A DNA stretch of 32,000 bases from Acaryochloris marina MBIC11017 (GCF_000018105.1 NC_009925.1:5490001-5522000), one strand, 5' to 3'. Shown: positions 8,129 to 17,838, numbered from the stretch's first letter. A program made the numbers and translations. Notes: generated from the sequence alone by a model not told the origin.

Positions 8129-9061
8129 CTACCCACGAGGCCGCAGGACGCCTGGTGCAGAAATGGCTGTTTGCTCCAGGGGGAGGGCAATGATGTCATC
8201 GCTCAAATACCCTGACCAAGCCGCCAAAAGCTGATCCGCTTGGGCGAGGATAGAGGTACGAGCCCCTGATGGGGTAGAGAATGCTCCTTGCCAAGCCCAT
8301 GGAATGGCATGAACACCGTTAAATACGCCAGACAAAGCGCCAGTAATCAAGGCCACAAGCCGAGGGAACTGGGGTAAGGTCAGAGGCCGGGTCACCGTCA
8401 AGGCAAAGGTATCCGCTGTACTCGACCAGCAGTAACAGGCCATGGCTAAGGCAGTTGCCAATGGTGAAGTCTCAGGAGATCGTTTCGCATTGACTTCGCT
8501 CCACACCCTAGAAAGACTAGATCGGGTCTGAAGGAGGGTCTGCACTTGTTGTAGCTGAGTATGCAAGGTCGTTCCAGAGAGGAAATCCTGGACCAGCAGT
8601 TGAGAAACCAGGGTTTGAGGGTTGGCCTGTTCCTGGCAGAGGAGTGCGATCGCAACCTCAATACCCAGCATTTCTACTTGCAGATCAGGACTGGCTTCTC
8701 TCAGTCGATGGTCACAAATATAGTTTTGAAGACGAGGTAAATTCTCATGGTAAAACAGAGCTGCTGGTAGCATCTGGGCAATTAAAACAGCTAATTGAAT
8801 TTCGTCCTCAGGAGTGGGAATAGCTATGGTAGGAACTTGAGACTCGTTTGCCCCTTGACTTGAATAGGCAATTACCTCGGATTGGCCTAAGGCAAGCGCT
8901 TCACACCATTTCCCTGACTCTCTGGGCAACGAAACGTTTTGCCCTGAAGCCAAGGTACTGTTTCCGTGTGAGTCGTCCTGCCCATACCCATGGGCATCTA
9001 AGACGGCTACTCCCAAAAACAATCCTCGGAAACGGTCAATCAGTAACTGCTGCATGCACAT
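8129..9061 (-). CDS. Hypothetical protein, possibly a degenerate ADP-ribosylglycohydrolase-family member
   Basis: The N-terminus DRFRGLFLGVAVLDAHG resembles the ARH lead motif (DR.RG.L.G.A.GDALG). The C-terminal ITGALSGVFNGVHAIPWAW resembles the family's IAGALAGAYYG..AIP.W, but the DTDT metal motif before it is absent. Resemblance judged by eye only. Confidence 0.35.
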   Translation of the reverse strand: MCMQQLLIDRFRGLFLGVAVLDAHGYGQDDSHGNSTLASGQNVSLPRESGKWCEALALGQSEVIAYSSQGANESQVPTIAIPTPEDEIQLAVLIAQMLPAALFYHENLPRLQNYICDHRLREASPDLQVEMLGIEVAIALLCQEQANPQTLVSQLLVQDFLSGTTLHTQLQQVQTLLQTRSSLSRVWSEVNAKRSPETSPLATALAMACYCWSSTADTFALTVTRPLTLPQFPRLVALITGALSGVFNGVHAIPWAWQGAFSTPSGARTSILAQADQLLAAWSGYLSDDIIALPLEQTAISAPGVLRPRG

Positions 9062-9141
9062 CGGGGCAACTAAACGCTGCCATTGCTTAATCTTTGCTCA
9101 GCATAAGATAGATCTATTGCCAGTAGATTGGGGAAGGTTCC

Positions 9142-9525
9142 ATGAAATATTTAGGCAGTTGCCATTGTGGCGCGATTCAGTTTGAAGTTGAAGCTCCCAA
9201 AGATCTCCAGGTCGATGCATGCAACTGCTCTATCTGCTCAAAAGCAGGATTCTTGCATCTGATCGTGCCTCAATCCAAATTTAAGTTACTGAAAGGACAA
9301 GACACCCTAACGACCTATCAATTTAATACAGGCGTTGCGCAGCATACCTTCTGTCGAGTTTGCGGCATCAAGCCGTTTTACATTCCTCGCTCCAACCCCG
9401 ATGGCTACGATATCAACGTTCGCTGTCTGGATACTCAACCTGACTCCATAGAAGTGGTGCCCTTTGATGGTGTCAATTGGGAGCAAAATGCCCATAAAGT
9501 GGCCCATAAATCCCAGGAGAATTAA
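9142..9525 (+). CDS. GFA-family (glutathione-dependent formaldehyde-activating / CENP-V-like) zinc protein
   Basis: 127 aa with the Cys pattern CHCG...CNCSICSKAGFLH...FCRVCG. A GGGGAAGG RBS-like element lies 5 nt upstream. Confidence 0.8.
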   Translation: MKYLGSCHCGAIQFEVEAPKDLQVDACNCSICSKAGFLHLIVPQSKFKLLKGQDTLTTYQFNTGVAQHTFCRVCGIKPFYIPRSNPDGYDINVRCLDTQPDSIEVVPFDGVNWEQNAHKVAHKSQEN

Positions 9526-9541
9526 CCTATTCCAGGATTGA

Positions 9542-10516
9542 CTAGCTCACTTCAGCATCTCGATGACGCCAATAGGATGCTTTTTCCGCTTCTAGCTGCT
9601 CAATCGTTTGTTGCAGGGTTTCAATAATTCCGTACATCTCCAGGGGGTCAAATACCTTTAACAAACTAGTTTGCGTGACAATGCCCAAATCTTGTCCCCA
9701 ATTCCAGGACACCACTAAGCGTCGGACTCGTCTGCGCTGCATTTGCTGATGGGCAGACCATAGGGAATCCCCAGGATTCAGCAAAAATAGCGGAGAACTC
9801 ATCACCTCTGACGCCATAATTCTGCCAATATCAAACTGCATTGCCTGAAATTGGACAATATCTCGCTCGGTGACGATACCAATGGGCTTAAGGCCATCAT
9901 CCGGTGCAGGTTCTACAATCACAACGCAACTCACCCGATGTTCAGCCATCAACTGGGCCAGGCTGAGCACTGAACAATGGGGAGGAGCATGAATAACGGA
10001 GGTGGACATCACCTCAGACACCCGGCGCAGCTTTAACAGATTGGCAGGTCGCAACACCCGGCGCAAACTACTAGGTTCGGTGATGCCCACGAGCTTGTTT
10101 TGGTCATCTAAAATCGGCAAATGGCGAATTCGATACCGCCGAAACAGAAACATGACCGCAAAAATATCCTTAAAATCAGCCAAGGGCAGAGTCTTGACGG
10201 GATGGGCCATGACATCGGCAGCAGTGATGCGATCGCAATCCATGCCAGCGGCCGCAAAGCGGACAATATCTCGCTCCGTCAAGATGCCCAAAATCTCCTG
10301 GTCCTGCATAATCAGAGCACAGGTGGGTCGAGTGGTTTCCGTTTCCACATCCCCAGAGTCTTGGGAAGATGCCCCCAGTTCACAACAACTAAAGGGGGTT
10401 TGGCTCATCCGGGCAATCACATCTACTAACGCCGTTTCAGGTGCCAAAATTAAGGGCTGATAATTAATGGCTTCCTCCAAATTAGGAGTACCCACCATCG
10501 GATCATTTTGCTGCAT
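9542..10516 (-). CDS. CBS-domain protein with four CBS motifs (two Bateman modules)
   Basis: Repeated CBS signatures are ILGILTERDIVR, LVGITEPSSLRRVL, PIGIVTERDIVQ and DLGIVTQTSLLKV. The track ORF starts at a TTG (10540); the first ATG, at 10516, is used here. Confidence 0.8.
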   Translation of the reverse strand: MQQNDPMVGTPNLEEAINYQPLILAPETALVDVIARMSQTPFSCCELGASSQDSGDVETETTRPTCALIMQDQEILGILTERDIVRFAAAGMDCDRITAADVMAHPVKTLPLADFKDIFAVMFLFRRYRIRHLPILDDQNKLVGITEPSSLRRVLRPANLLKLRRVSEVMSTSVIHAPPHCSVLSLAQLMAEHRVSCVVIVEPAPDDGLKPIGIVTERDIVQFQAMQFDIGRIMASEVMSSPLFLLNPGDSLWSAHQQMQRRRVRRLVVSWNWGQDLGIVTQTSLLKVFDPLEMYGIIETLQQTIEQLEAEKASYWRHRDAEVS

Positions 10517-10572
10517 CAGTACACACACCCAACTGGACAAATCCAGATCACGAGAGGAGTCATCGGATCAAA

Positions 10573-10926
10573 TCAGCCTGGTTTAAGGGGCTTGGCTCCT
10601 CCTGAAATCCGAGCCGTTTTGCCATACAACCGATCTAACACTCGCTTAACAGAAATACGCTTCCACGAACGCCCTCGCTTGGTCTGATAGCCATTTTGAT
10701 TGAGCCAATCAGCGATCTGCTGTAGGGATTTACCAGATTTGTGATGACGACGAATCAGATCAATAATCTCCGTTTCCCGGGGATTATCCACCAACTCCCC
10801 GTTATGGGAAAGCTGGCCAAACGGAGGAGAACCATATCCTGCATACCCGCCCTGAGCCGCCTTCGCTTGGCGACCTTCATTGAGCCGACGGCTCACCTCA
10901 TTGACATTCCATTTCTCAGCAGACAT
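10573..10926 (-). pseudogene. Truncated serine-recombinase fragment (recombinase domain only; catalytic resolvase domain missing)
   Basis: The 117-aa sequence RLNEGRQAKAAQGGYAGYGSPPFG...ETEIIDLIRRHHKSGKSLQQIADWLNQNGYQTKRGRSWKRISVKRVL matches the region after the resolvase catalytic domain of large serine recombinases. No catalytic Ser domain is present upstream. Confidence 0.6.
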
Positions 10927-11311
10927 AGCGGATTCGTTGAACTCAGAGGAATGTTACAAGAAAATACATTTAAATCATATATGAAAATGAATACACGCCC
11001 TGAAGGTGTATATTAAGGGAATGTTACACCTCTTTCGCCATAAAACTTATTGGTTAACAGTTTTAGTTCAAAAAGGTCTTAAAACTTTTTGGCAAAACAC
11101 TAAAGCAAAAAACCAAAGTACCTGGTGACATCTTAATTCAAGTTGAGTAACATCACTCCTCCTTTCGCCGTATAGACGCAGTTAGAGCTTTCTTCGATCA
11201 ACCTCTTAGTTAAGCCTTATGGGCCAGCTGAAATTTCTATCACAGCTCATAAGGCGCTCCCCTCTTGATCGTTGTCCACCTTACCTATCAAACTTACAAG
11301 GATTTCATTTA

Positions 11312-11611
11312 ATGGCCACCTATAACGTCAGACTGATCAATGAAGCGGAAGGCATCGACGCAACGATAGCGGTCGAAGATGATCAGTATATTTTTGACGC
11401 AGCAGAAGAGAATGATCTGGATTTACCTGTATCTTGCCGATCAGGGGCTTGTTCCAGTTGTGCCGGCAAGGCCATCTCGGGAGAAGTAGACCAATCCGAT
11501 CAATCCTTCTTAGATGATGACCAAATGGCGGCTGGATTCGTGCTGACCTGCGTTGCCTACCCTGCATCAGACTGCACGATTCAAACCCACCAAGAAGATG
11601 CTCTACTTTAG
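11312..11611 (+). CDS. petF: Plant-type [2Fe-2S] ferredoxin
   Basis: [16 protein letters not shown]... with the cluster motif [12 protein letters not shown]...LTC, 99 aa from the internal ATG at 11312. The 31-codon upstream extension in the track ORF (11219) is not ferredoxin-like. Confidence 0.85.
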   Translation: MATYNVRLINEAEGIDATIAVEDDQYIFDAAEENDLDLPVSCRSGACSSCAGKAISGEVDQSDQSFLDDDQMAAGFVLTCVAYPASDCTIQTHQEDALL

Positions 11612-11625
11612 GTTTTGAAAAGATT

Positions 11626-11946
11626 ATGAGTACCGTAGCTTACATACAAGACAACGAGTTTGAACAGTTGCTTAAGGATGAGTCCATCCTTGTGATCGAC
11701 TTTACAGCCACCTGGTGTGGTCCCTGCAAACAAGTGAGTCCCATGATGGACAAATTGGCCACTGATTATGATGGTCGAGCCAAAGTCACCAAAGTTGACG
11801 TTGACAAGAATAAAGGTATTGCCAAGCAATTTGGCATTCGCAGCATTCCAGCAGTCTTAGTCTTTAAATCGGGCGAACTCGTCGAAACTCTGGTGGGCAT
11901 GAGTCCCTATGAGAAATTTACCAGCGCTGTGGATAAACACCTTTAA
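11626..11946 (+). CDS. trxA: Thioredoxin
   Basis: 106 aa with active site WCGPC and the FGIRSIPAVLVF motif. It begins 14 nt after the ferredoxin stop. Confidence 0.9.
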   Translation: MSTVAYIQDNEFEQLLKDESILVIDFTATWCGPCKQVSPMMDKLATDYDGRAKVTKVDVDKNKGIAKQFGIRSIPAVLVFKSGELVETLVGMSPYEKFTSAVDKHL

Positions 11947-11981
11947 ACCGTCGATCCATTCCTTTCGACCAGGATATACCC

Positions 11982-12254
11982 ATGAGTCAAATTGGCACGA
12001 ATACCACCCAAACCATTTGCTGCCCTCAATGCGGCTCCCCTGCAAGGCGGCTGTATTTTACGAGCTCATATCCGACTCATCTCAAATGTCCTGGTGGCCT
12101 AGTTAACCAGGTTGAGTGTCCGAGTTGTGATTATTTAATGGTGTCCTGCGCTGTTGATGGTCAAGTCGTCGAGGCCTATGCAGAAGGGATATCCACCTAT
12201 CATCACTCCACTCAACCTGGCTCTCCAGACAAGCCTCCCTTACCCATGGCCTAG
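11982..12254 (+). CDS. Small zinc-ribbon-like hypothetical protein
   Basis: 90 aa with CPQCGS...CPSCDY (two CxxC pairs) and a Pro-rich tail. It is packed 35 nt after trxA and 68 nt before the CBS gene. Confidence 0.5.
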   Translation: MSQIGTNTTQTICCPQCGSPARRLYFTSSYPTHLKCPGGLVNQVECPSCDYLMVSCAVDGQVVEAYAEGISTYHHSTQPGSPDKPPLPMA

Positions 12255-12322
12255 GGGTTAACGCTAGTTCAGTCAGCCTTTCTAAAACCTAATTCAATCA
12301 CCATTCCTCAGGAGTCAATGCC

Positions 12323-12778
12323 ATGATGCGCGCAGAAGAAATCATGACCCGAGACGTTGTTGCCATTAGTGGCTCAGCAACCGTCGCCGATGCCGTCAGC
12401 AAGATGAAAGAGAAAGGTCTTCGGGCTTTAATTGTTGAGCCTCGGTATGCAGGTGATCCCTATGGGATGGTGACCCAAACCGACATCGTCTACAAGGTGG
12501 CAGCCTTTGGGTATGACCCCAAAAAGATGAAGGTCTACGAAGTCATGACCAAGCCTTGTATTGTCGTTAATCCTGATTTAGGGGTCGAATACGTCGCTCG
12601 TTTATTTGCCAATACAGGCATTCGCCGTGCCCCAGTCGTTAAAGATCATCTCCTCGGGGTTATTTCCATTAGCGATATTCTCAAAAAGAGTGATTTTGTC
12701 GAGAAACCCAAAAGCAATTTTGAACAATATTGCGAAGAGTTCCCCAATGCTCCTGAAGCCCGAATCTACGAAGACTAG
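12323..12778 (+). CDS. Single CBS-pair (Bateman module) protein
   Basis: 151 aa with the motifs IMTRDVVAISGSATVADAV and LLGVISISDIL. An AGGAG RBS lies 8 nt upstream. Confidence 0.8.
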   Translation: MMRAEEIMTRDVVAISGSATVADAVSKMKEKGLRALIVEPRYAGDPYGMVTQTDIVYKVAAFGYDPKKMKVYEVMTKPCIVVNPDLGVEYVARLFANTGIRRAPVVKDHLLGVISISDILKKSDFVEKPKSNFEQYCEEFPNAPEARIYED

Positions 12779-12795
12779 GGCAATACTCACAAGGC

Positions 12796-14262
12796 TTATC
12801 GCCGAGACAGCTTGAGGATCATGGCACGGATAATGTCGTTCAACTGATTATCCCCCTCCCGTTGAGCCTTAAACCCAGCAGTTTGTAATTGGCGGAGGCC
12901 CGTTTGCTGATCGCCTTTCAAGCTGCTGAGGAGCCCCTTATGAATATCAGTGATGGCTGAGTTAAATGGAAGTTGGAGCTGTCTGATTTTCTCCAGCTCG
13001 GCAATCGTTTTGGCATAGGCAGCCGAATTGCTACCGTTGGATTTATCCTGCAAAACCCGAACAACACCTTTCATCACCTTCGCTTCCGCTAATCGGGGAT
13101 TGAATGCGATCGCACGGTCCAATGCAAACATTGCCCCCTGGTATCGCCACAGCTGCAGTTCTGATAAGGCCTGCCGATAGAGGATCGTGGCATCCAAAGG
13201 GCTGAGAACTAGAGCCTGCCGATAATCACTGAGAGACCCCGATGTATCTCTAGAATTCGCTTTCACCACTCCCCGCTGTACATAGGCTTGGGTATAGTCT
13301 GGATTAAGCTTGATCGCCTGAGTCAGATCCTCAATTGCCTTGAATGAATCTCGTTGCCGATAGTGACCCAGACTGCGGCCATAGTAAGCTTCCACATATT
13401 CAGGATCTAGCTCTATAGCCTCAGAAAAATCAGCAATCGCCCCTGCATAATCCTTACGCTTGAGTTTATCCCCCCCTTGCAAATAAAAATCTGCTGCAGT
13501 GGGTTCCTGCACATCTGGCAGAGGATCAAGCGTTCCTAGGTTGAGGGATGTGAGGGTTAAGGGTAATGAATTAAGAAAAGTATTGATAGGAATCCCTAGA
13601 TTAAATCCAGTTTTGATATAGATATCAGGATTGGTTGCTTCATCTTGAGGTTGAATCGTTTCAGTATCAGCTCTACCATGAATGGCCACCAATCGACCCT
13701 GTTCATCCAAGACAGGACCACCACTCATACCGGGCAACGTACTGTTGGAATAAACCAGTGAGTAGCCATCTGCCAGGGGTTTCGTGGCATTAGCCGTCAC
13801 TTTCCCTTCTGTAAAGTTGTAAATCGACTCCGTCAAGGCCAGGGTTTGGGCTGGAAAACCTGCCACATAAATGGGAGTCCCTTCTGGGGCATCATTCACA
13901 TTACCCATCTTGGCGACTGCATAGGTTTGGGAACTTGAAAATTGAACAACCGCCAGATCCACCCCTTTAAATTTCTGGATACTGGAAGATGTAATCTGAT
14001 GAGTTTGCTGATCAGGAGTTTGAATATCGTAGGTATTAGGCAGATCAACCACATGGGCCGCCGTGGCAACGGTGTAGGTGTTGCCCTCCTTTTTGACAAT
14101 CACCCCGGATCCTAAACCGCCTGGACTGCTAATTCGAACCGTGACATTTTTGGCAAGTTTACTGACTTCCGCTGAACTCAATGCCTGAGCTTGGGGCTGG
14201 CACCAAACCAACGCGGCTGTTGTACCAAACAGGATTGTGGAGAAGTGAAGGGCTTTATGCAT
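12796..14262 (-). CDS. Secreted trypsin-like (S1/chymotrypsin-fold) serine protease fused to C-terminal TPR repeats
   Basis: Signal peptide ending AQA/LS. The catalytic triad contexts are TAAHVV (His70), VDLAVV (Asp102) and GMSGGPV (Ser180). C-terminal TPR-like repeats include AIADFSEAIELDPEYVEAYYGRS and AIEDLTQAIKLNPDYTQAYVQRG. Confidence 0.8.
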   Translation of the reverse strand: MHKALHFSTILFGTTAALVWCQPQAQALSSAEVSKLAKNVTVRISSPGGLGSGVIVKKEGNTYTVATAAHVVDLPNTYDIQTPDQQTHQITSSSIQKFKGVDLAVVQFSSSQTYAVAKMGNVNDAPEGTPIYVAGFPAQTLALTESIYNFTEGKVTANATKPLADGYSLVYSNSTLPGMSGGPVLDEQGRLVAIHGRADTETIQPQDEATNPDIYIKTGFNLGIPINTFLNSLPLTLTSLNLGTLDPLPDVQEPTAADFYLQGGDKLKRKDYAGAIADFSEAIELDPEYVEAYYGRSLGHYRQRDSFKAIEDLTQAIKLNPDYTQAYVQRGVVKANSRDTSGSLSDYRQALVLSPLDATILYRQALSELQLWRYQGAMFALDRAIAFNPRLAEAKVMKGVVRVLQDKSNGSNSAAYAKTIAELEKIRQLQLPFNSAITDIHKGLLSSLKGDQQTGLRQLQTAGFKAQREGDNQLNDIIRAMILKLSRR

Positions 14263-14339
14263 AAATCAAATTGACGAAAACAATAGACAAAAAGGTTCGA
14301 GCGCCACCTAAAAAGGAAGGCCACACCAATGTTTAAGGG

Positions 14340-15878
14340 TTATCTAGCACTCATAAATCGATCTTGAGCAAGGTTGCGAAGCTGCTTCAAATGTTCCTGT
14401 CGTGAAACCGATAACGGAATCATGCCTTGAATCTCTTGAACCAGTAACTCCGTATCCAAAGGTTTCTCTACATAGAGCGCGCGATAAAGCGCTGCCACGA
14501 CCGCCTGCTCGATTTCAGCACCACTATAGCCTTCCGATGCCTGCAATAGAGTAGGCATATCAAAATGGCTGGGATCTTGCTTACGCAGCATCAAATGAAT
14601 ACGGAAAATCGCCCCTCGTTCTTGCAAATCCGGTAAATCCACATAGAAAATCTCATCAAAACGGCCTTTTCGCAGCAGTTCTGGAGGAATTTGGGAAATA
14701 TCATTGGCAGTGGCCACCACAAATACCTCTTGGGACTTTTCCTGCATCCAGGTTAGGAAGAACCCAAACATTCGCCGACTCAGGCCCCCATCTGAATCAG
14801 ACCCTGTAGCCCCCAAGCTTTTCTCAATTTCATCAATCCAGAGAACGGCAGGAGCCATAGATTCTGCTAAGGAGATGGCTTTGCGAAAGTTCTTCTCAGA
14901 TTCCCCCACAAATTTATCGTAGAGACGACCTGCATCTAACTTCAGTAATGGCATTTTCCATTCTCTAGCGATCGCTTTAGCTGCAAGAGATTTGCCGCAT
15001 CCTTGAATCCCTACAATCAAAATTCCCTTCGGTGGAGTTAGGTTCAAAGCTTTAGCGGCGGGACTAAATCCGACCTTGGCTCGTCCCAGCCAATTCTTGA
15101 GATTCGCAAACCCACCCCATTCCACACGATTCCCCTCGACCGGAAGGTAATCCAGCACCCCACCCGCTCGGATCAGTTGGGCCTTGCGATGGAGAATACG
15201 CTCCACATCGTCTGTGGTCAATTTGCCATCATCCAAAGCCGCATAGGCCAGCACTTGTCGGGCTTGTTTCAAGGTCATACCCGTCATGGCTTGAACAAGG
15301 GCCTGCATATCCTGATCTTCTAATTCCACGATGGTGCGGTGTTTATGTCTCATAGTCCGCACCACTTCTTTCACTGTCCGAGACAGCTCATCGCGATCGG
15401 GCAGCTTCAGGTCGTAGACCACAGCATCATGCTCAATTTCCCTAGGTAGCTCAATATTGTCTCCGGTCAACACAAAGGCAGACCGTTTTTGAGAAAAGAG
15501 CTGAGCCGCTTCCCGAAAGTGGCGGGCTGTTTCTGGATCTTCAAAATGTTTGCCGAAATCCTTGAGCCAGAACAATGCCTTAATAGACATATCCTGGACA
15601 TGTTTAAGGACCGCTAAGGGTTCGGCAGTATTACCAATAGCAGCAGGTTTGAGGGTGCCAGGTGGCGCATATTCATTTACCCAAGGCGCATTAAAGGTGC
15701 CAGGAGACCGAATCAGGCCCTGAGCAATGCTCCATTCAAACATCGGAATAGACATTTCCTCCGTCGCTTTCTTAAGAAGGGTTTGAACCCGCTCTTCCTC
15801 TAAAGTTTCAATTACTATGACGGGGTGATAGGACAGGATTAAGGTCTGAATGTCTCGTACACTTACGGATAAGGGCAT
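14340..15878 (-). CDS. AAA+ ATPase, Ycf46-like family
   Basis: Walker [16 protein letters not shown], Walker [10 protein letters not shown] and second region of homology [21 protein letters not shown]. At about 510 aa, the N-terminal domain ([15 protein letters not shown]) and overall layout resemble the cyanobacterial/plastid Ycf46 as I recall it. Family assignment not verified. Confidence 0.7.
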   Translation of the reverse strand: MPLSVSVRDIQTLILSYHPVIVIETLEEERVQTLLKKATEEMSIPMFEWSIAQGLIRSPGTFNAPWVNEYAPPGTLKPAAIGNTAEPLAVLKHVQDMSIKALFWLKDFGKHFEDPETARHFREAAQLFSQKRSAFVLTGDNIELPREIEHDAVVYDLKLPDRDELSRTVKEVVRTMRHKHRTIVELEDQDMQALVQAMTGMTLKQARQVLAYAALDDGKLTTDDVERILHRKAQLIRAGGVLDYLPVEGNRVEWGGFANLKNWLGRAKVGFSPAAKALNLTPPKGILIVGIQGCGKSLAAKAIAREWKMPLLKLDAGRLYDKFVGESEKNFRKAISLAESMAPAVLWIDEIEKSLGATGSDSDGGLSRRMFGFFLTWMQEKSQEVFVVATANDISQIPPELLRKGRFDEIFYVDLPDLQERGAIFRIHLMLRKQDPSHFDMPTLLQASEGYSGAEIEQAVVAALYRALYVEKPLDTELLVQEIQGMIPLSVSRQEHLKQLRNLAQDRFMSAR

Positions 15879-16055
15879 AGCCAGAGCGCCAACCAGGAAA
15901 GGATATTATTCTCAAGATTCCCGAATACAAGGATTTTGCTAAAGGCAAGCCTATGTAGCCTCCTTACTAATGCAAGATTTTTAGCCTATTAGACCACCAG
16001 CCAGAATCTAGATTTGGTAGAGTACTAGACGGAGACAGCAGGTCTGGGAGCCATT

Positions 16056-17732
16056 ATGCAACATCTATCGTGGATAAAATGGGGCAAAACAAGTTGCCTC
16101 ACCGCAGCACTGATGATGAGTGGAGCATTGATTGTGCCAGCTCAGGCTCAAGGAGATAATCCTGGTGCAAGTGAACTCCTGCCGACGGAAATTGATGAGC
16201 AACCCCTGCGTCTACCCACGAAAGATCCCAAAATACTGAATCCTGATCCGAAAATACTGGACGTACCGACTGCATCGCAAGATGTCACTATTGATCCGGA
16301 CCTCGATCAAGCGATTACATTGGAGCAAGCTTTAGAGCTGGCTAAGCGCAATAATCGAGATTTACAGGTTGTGGAATTGCAGGTCCGCCAGTCAAAAGCA
16401 GCATTAGCAGAAGCCAAAGCCGCAGAACTCCCAACCATCAGTGCCCAAGCGAGCCTCAACCGCACAGATTCTGCAACATCACGGATCATCAACGAGCAGC
16501 AAGTAGAAGCCCAAGTCGAAGGTATTGAAGATCAAATTCAGCAGCTACAAGCCCAATTACCTGGGGCAAATGCAGCTCAAACAGCGATTTTAAATCAGAC
16601 GATTCAAGGATTGCAGACTCAAATTCAAACCATTCGGGATCAGCCCCCTCTTTTTCCTTCAGTCAGCAATCTGTTCAACACTAGCGTTCAGCTAAACTAC
16701 GATGTCTTCACTTCTGGACAACGCTCAGCTAGCATTCGCGCTGCTGAGTCTGCCCTTAAGGCCGCTGAAAAATCCCTAGAAACCCAGTTACAGCAGCTGC
16801 GCCTAGACGTTTCAAATGACTATTACGATATGCAGCAGGCCGATGAGTTGGTCCAGATTGCCAAGGCAGCGGTGAAAAATGCTGAAGAAACGTTGGATAA
16901 TACTCGGGCCTTGGAACAGGCAGGTTTAGGCACTCGATTTGATGTTCTACGTTCAGAAGTCCAGCTGGCAAACCAGCAGCAACAGCTCTCTCAAGCCCAA
17001 AGCCAACAGCTCACTGCTCGACGCCAATTGGCTCAGCGCTTAAGCCTCAATCCCAAAGCAACTTTATCGGCTGCTGATCCGGTCAAAATTGCCGGGTTAT
17101 GGCCCATGTCCTTGACAAATACGATTGCCAAGGCCCAACAGAATCGGTCCGAACTTGGTGAGATATTAGACCAAAGACAAATTGCCCAGCAGAATGAGCG
17201 ATTGGTTAAAGGAAGTTTTGGCCCCCAGGTTAGTGTAGCTGCCAGTGGGAATTTTGCGGTTGATTTGGACGACTTGACTGATGCCTTTGGCTATTCCCTG
17301 GGTGGACAGGTTACCAAGTTATTGTTTGATGGAGGCGCGACCAAAGCCAACGCCCGACAGCAAGCCCTAGGGGCAAAAATTGCTGAGACTCAATTTGCCA
17401 ATTTTAAAAATCTGGTTCGGTTCCAGGTCGAGCAGAACTACTTTACCTTACAGTCCAGCTTTAAAAATATTGCGACCAATGAATGTGCGGTGATCCAAGC
17501 AGAGCAAAGTTTAGAGCTAGCTCGATTGCGCTCCAAAGCAGGGATTGGGACTCAACTTGAAGTCAGTAACGCTGAAACAGAACTCACGCGAACCCGCAGT
17601 AATCGCTTGCAGGCAATCATTGACTACAATCGCGCCTTAATTGCCCTGGAGCGTTTTGTCGGCCATCGACAACAGCAGGCCAGAGTCGGTGAAGTTCCTT
17701 CCCCTGGGGAAAAACTTTGCAATCAGGCTTAA
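16056..17732 (+). CDS. tolC: TolC-family outer-membrane efflux protein
   Basis: Signal peptide ending PAQAQG, then two OEP-type repeats (LTLEQALELAKRNNRDLQ... and RSELGEILDQRQIAQ...). 558 aa. Confidence 0.8.
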   Translation: MQHLSWIKWGKTSCLTAALMMSGALIVPAQAQGDNPGASELLPTEIDEQPLRLPTKDPKILNPDPKILDVPTASQDVTIDPDLDQAITLEQALELAKRNNRDLQVVELQVRQSKAALAEAKAAELPTISAQASLNRTDSATSRIINEQQVEAQVEGIEDQIQQLQAQLPGANAAQTAILNQTIQGLQTQIQTIRDQPPLFPSVSNLFNTSVQLNYDVFTSGQRSASIRAAESALKAAEKSLETQLQQLRLDVSNDYYDMQQADELVQIAKAAVKNAEETLDNTRALEQAGLGTRFDVLRSEVQLANQQQQLSQAQSQQLTARRQLAQRLSLNPKATLSAADPVKIAGLWPMSLTNTIAKAQQNRSELGEILDQRQIAQQNERLVKGSFGPQVSVAASGNFAVDLDDLTDAFGYSLGGQVTKLLFDGGATKANARQQALGAKIAETQFANFKNLVRFQVEQNYFTLQSSFKNIATNECAVIQAEQSLELARLRSKAGIGTQLEVSNAETELTRTRSNRLQAIIDYNRALIALERFVGHRQQQARVGEVPSPGEKLCNQA

Positions 17733-17838
17733 CGGGAAAGCTTAAATTTCTTCCTCATTGCTGCGTAATCTCACAATATTCATCTGATAACTAGACAAAT
17801 GCGGGGTAGGTGCCGCATTGGATCTGCATGAATGAGGG

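Noticed and set aside
8446-9090. ORFs 8446..8661 (-) and 8848..9090 (+)
   Set aside because: They sit inside or antisense to the 310-aa ORF in alternative frames. No independent support.
9307-10460. ORFs 9307..9507 (-), 10002..10460 (+) and 10121..10429 (+)
   Set aside because: They are antisense to the GFA gene and the four-CBS gene, whose translations carry clear family motifs.
11219-11311. 31-codon N-terminal extension of the ferredoxin ORF
   Set aside because: The extension is not ferredoxin-like. The internal ATG at 11312 gives the canonical MATY... start and the usual ~99-aa length.
11337-12106. ORFs 11337..11567 (-), 11608..11829 (-), 11857..12045 (-) and 11909..12106 (+)
   Set aside because: They overlap petF, trxA and the zinc-ribbon gene in other frames or strands. 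The sense-strand genes are strongly supported.
16205-16262. Short tandem duplication encoding DPKILNPDPKILD in tolC
   Set aside because: This is a real two-copy repeat, but it lies in the low-complexity N-terminal linker of the mature protein. It is unlikely to be more than replication slippage.
17798-17819. Hairpin AATGCGG-N8-CCGCATT after tolC as a terminator
   Set aside because: The stem is only 7 bp and no T-run follows. This is not enough to call a terminator.
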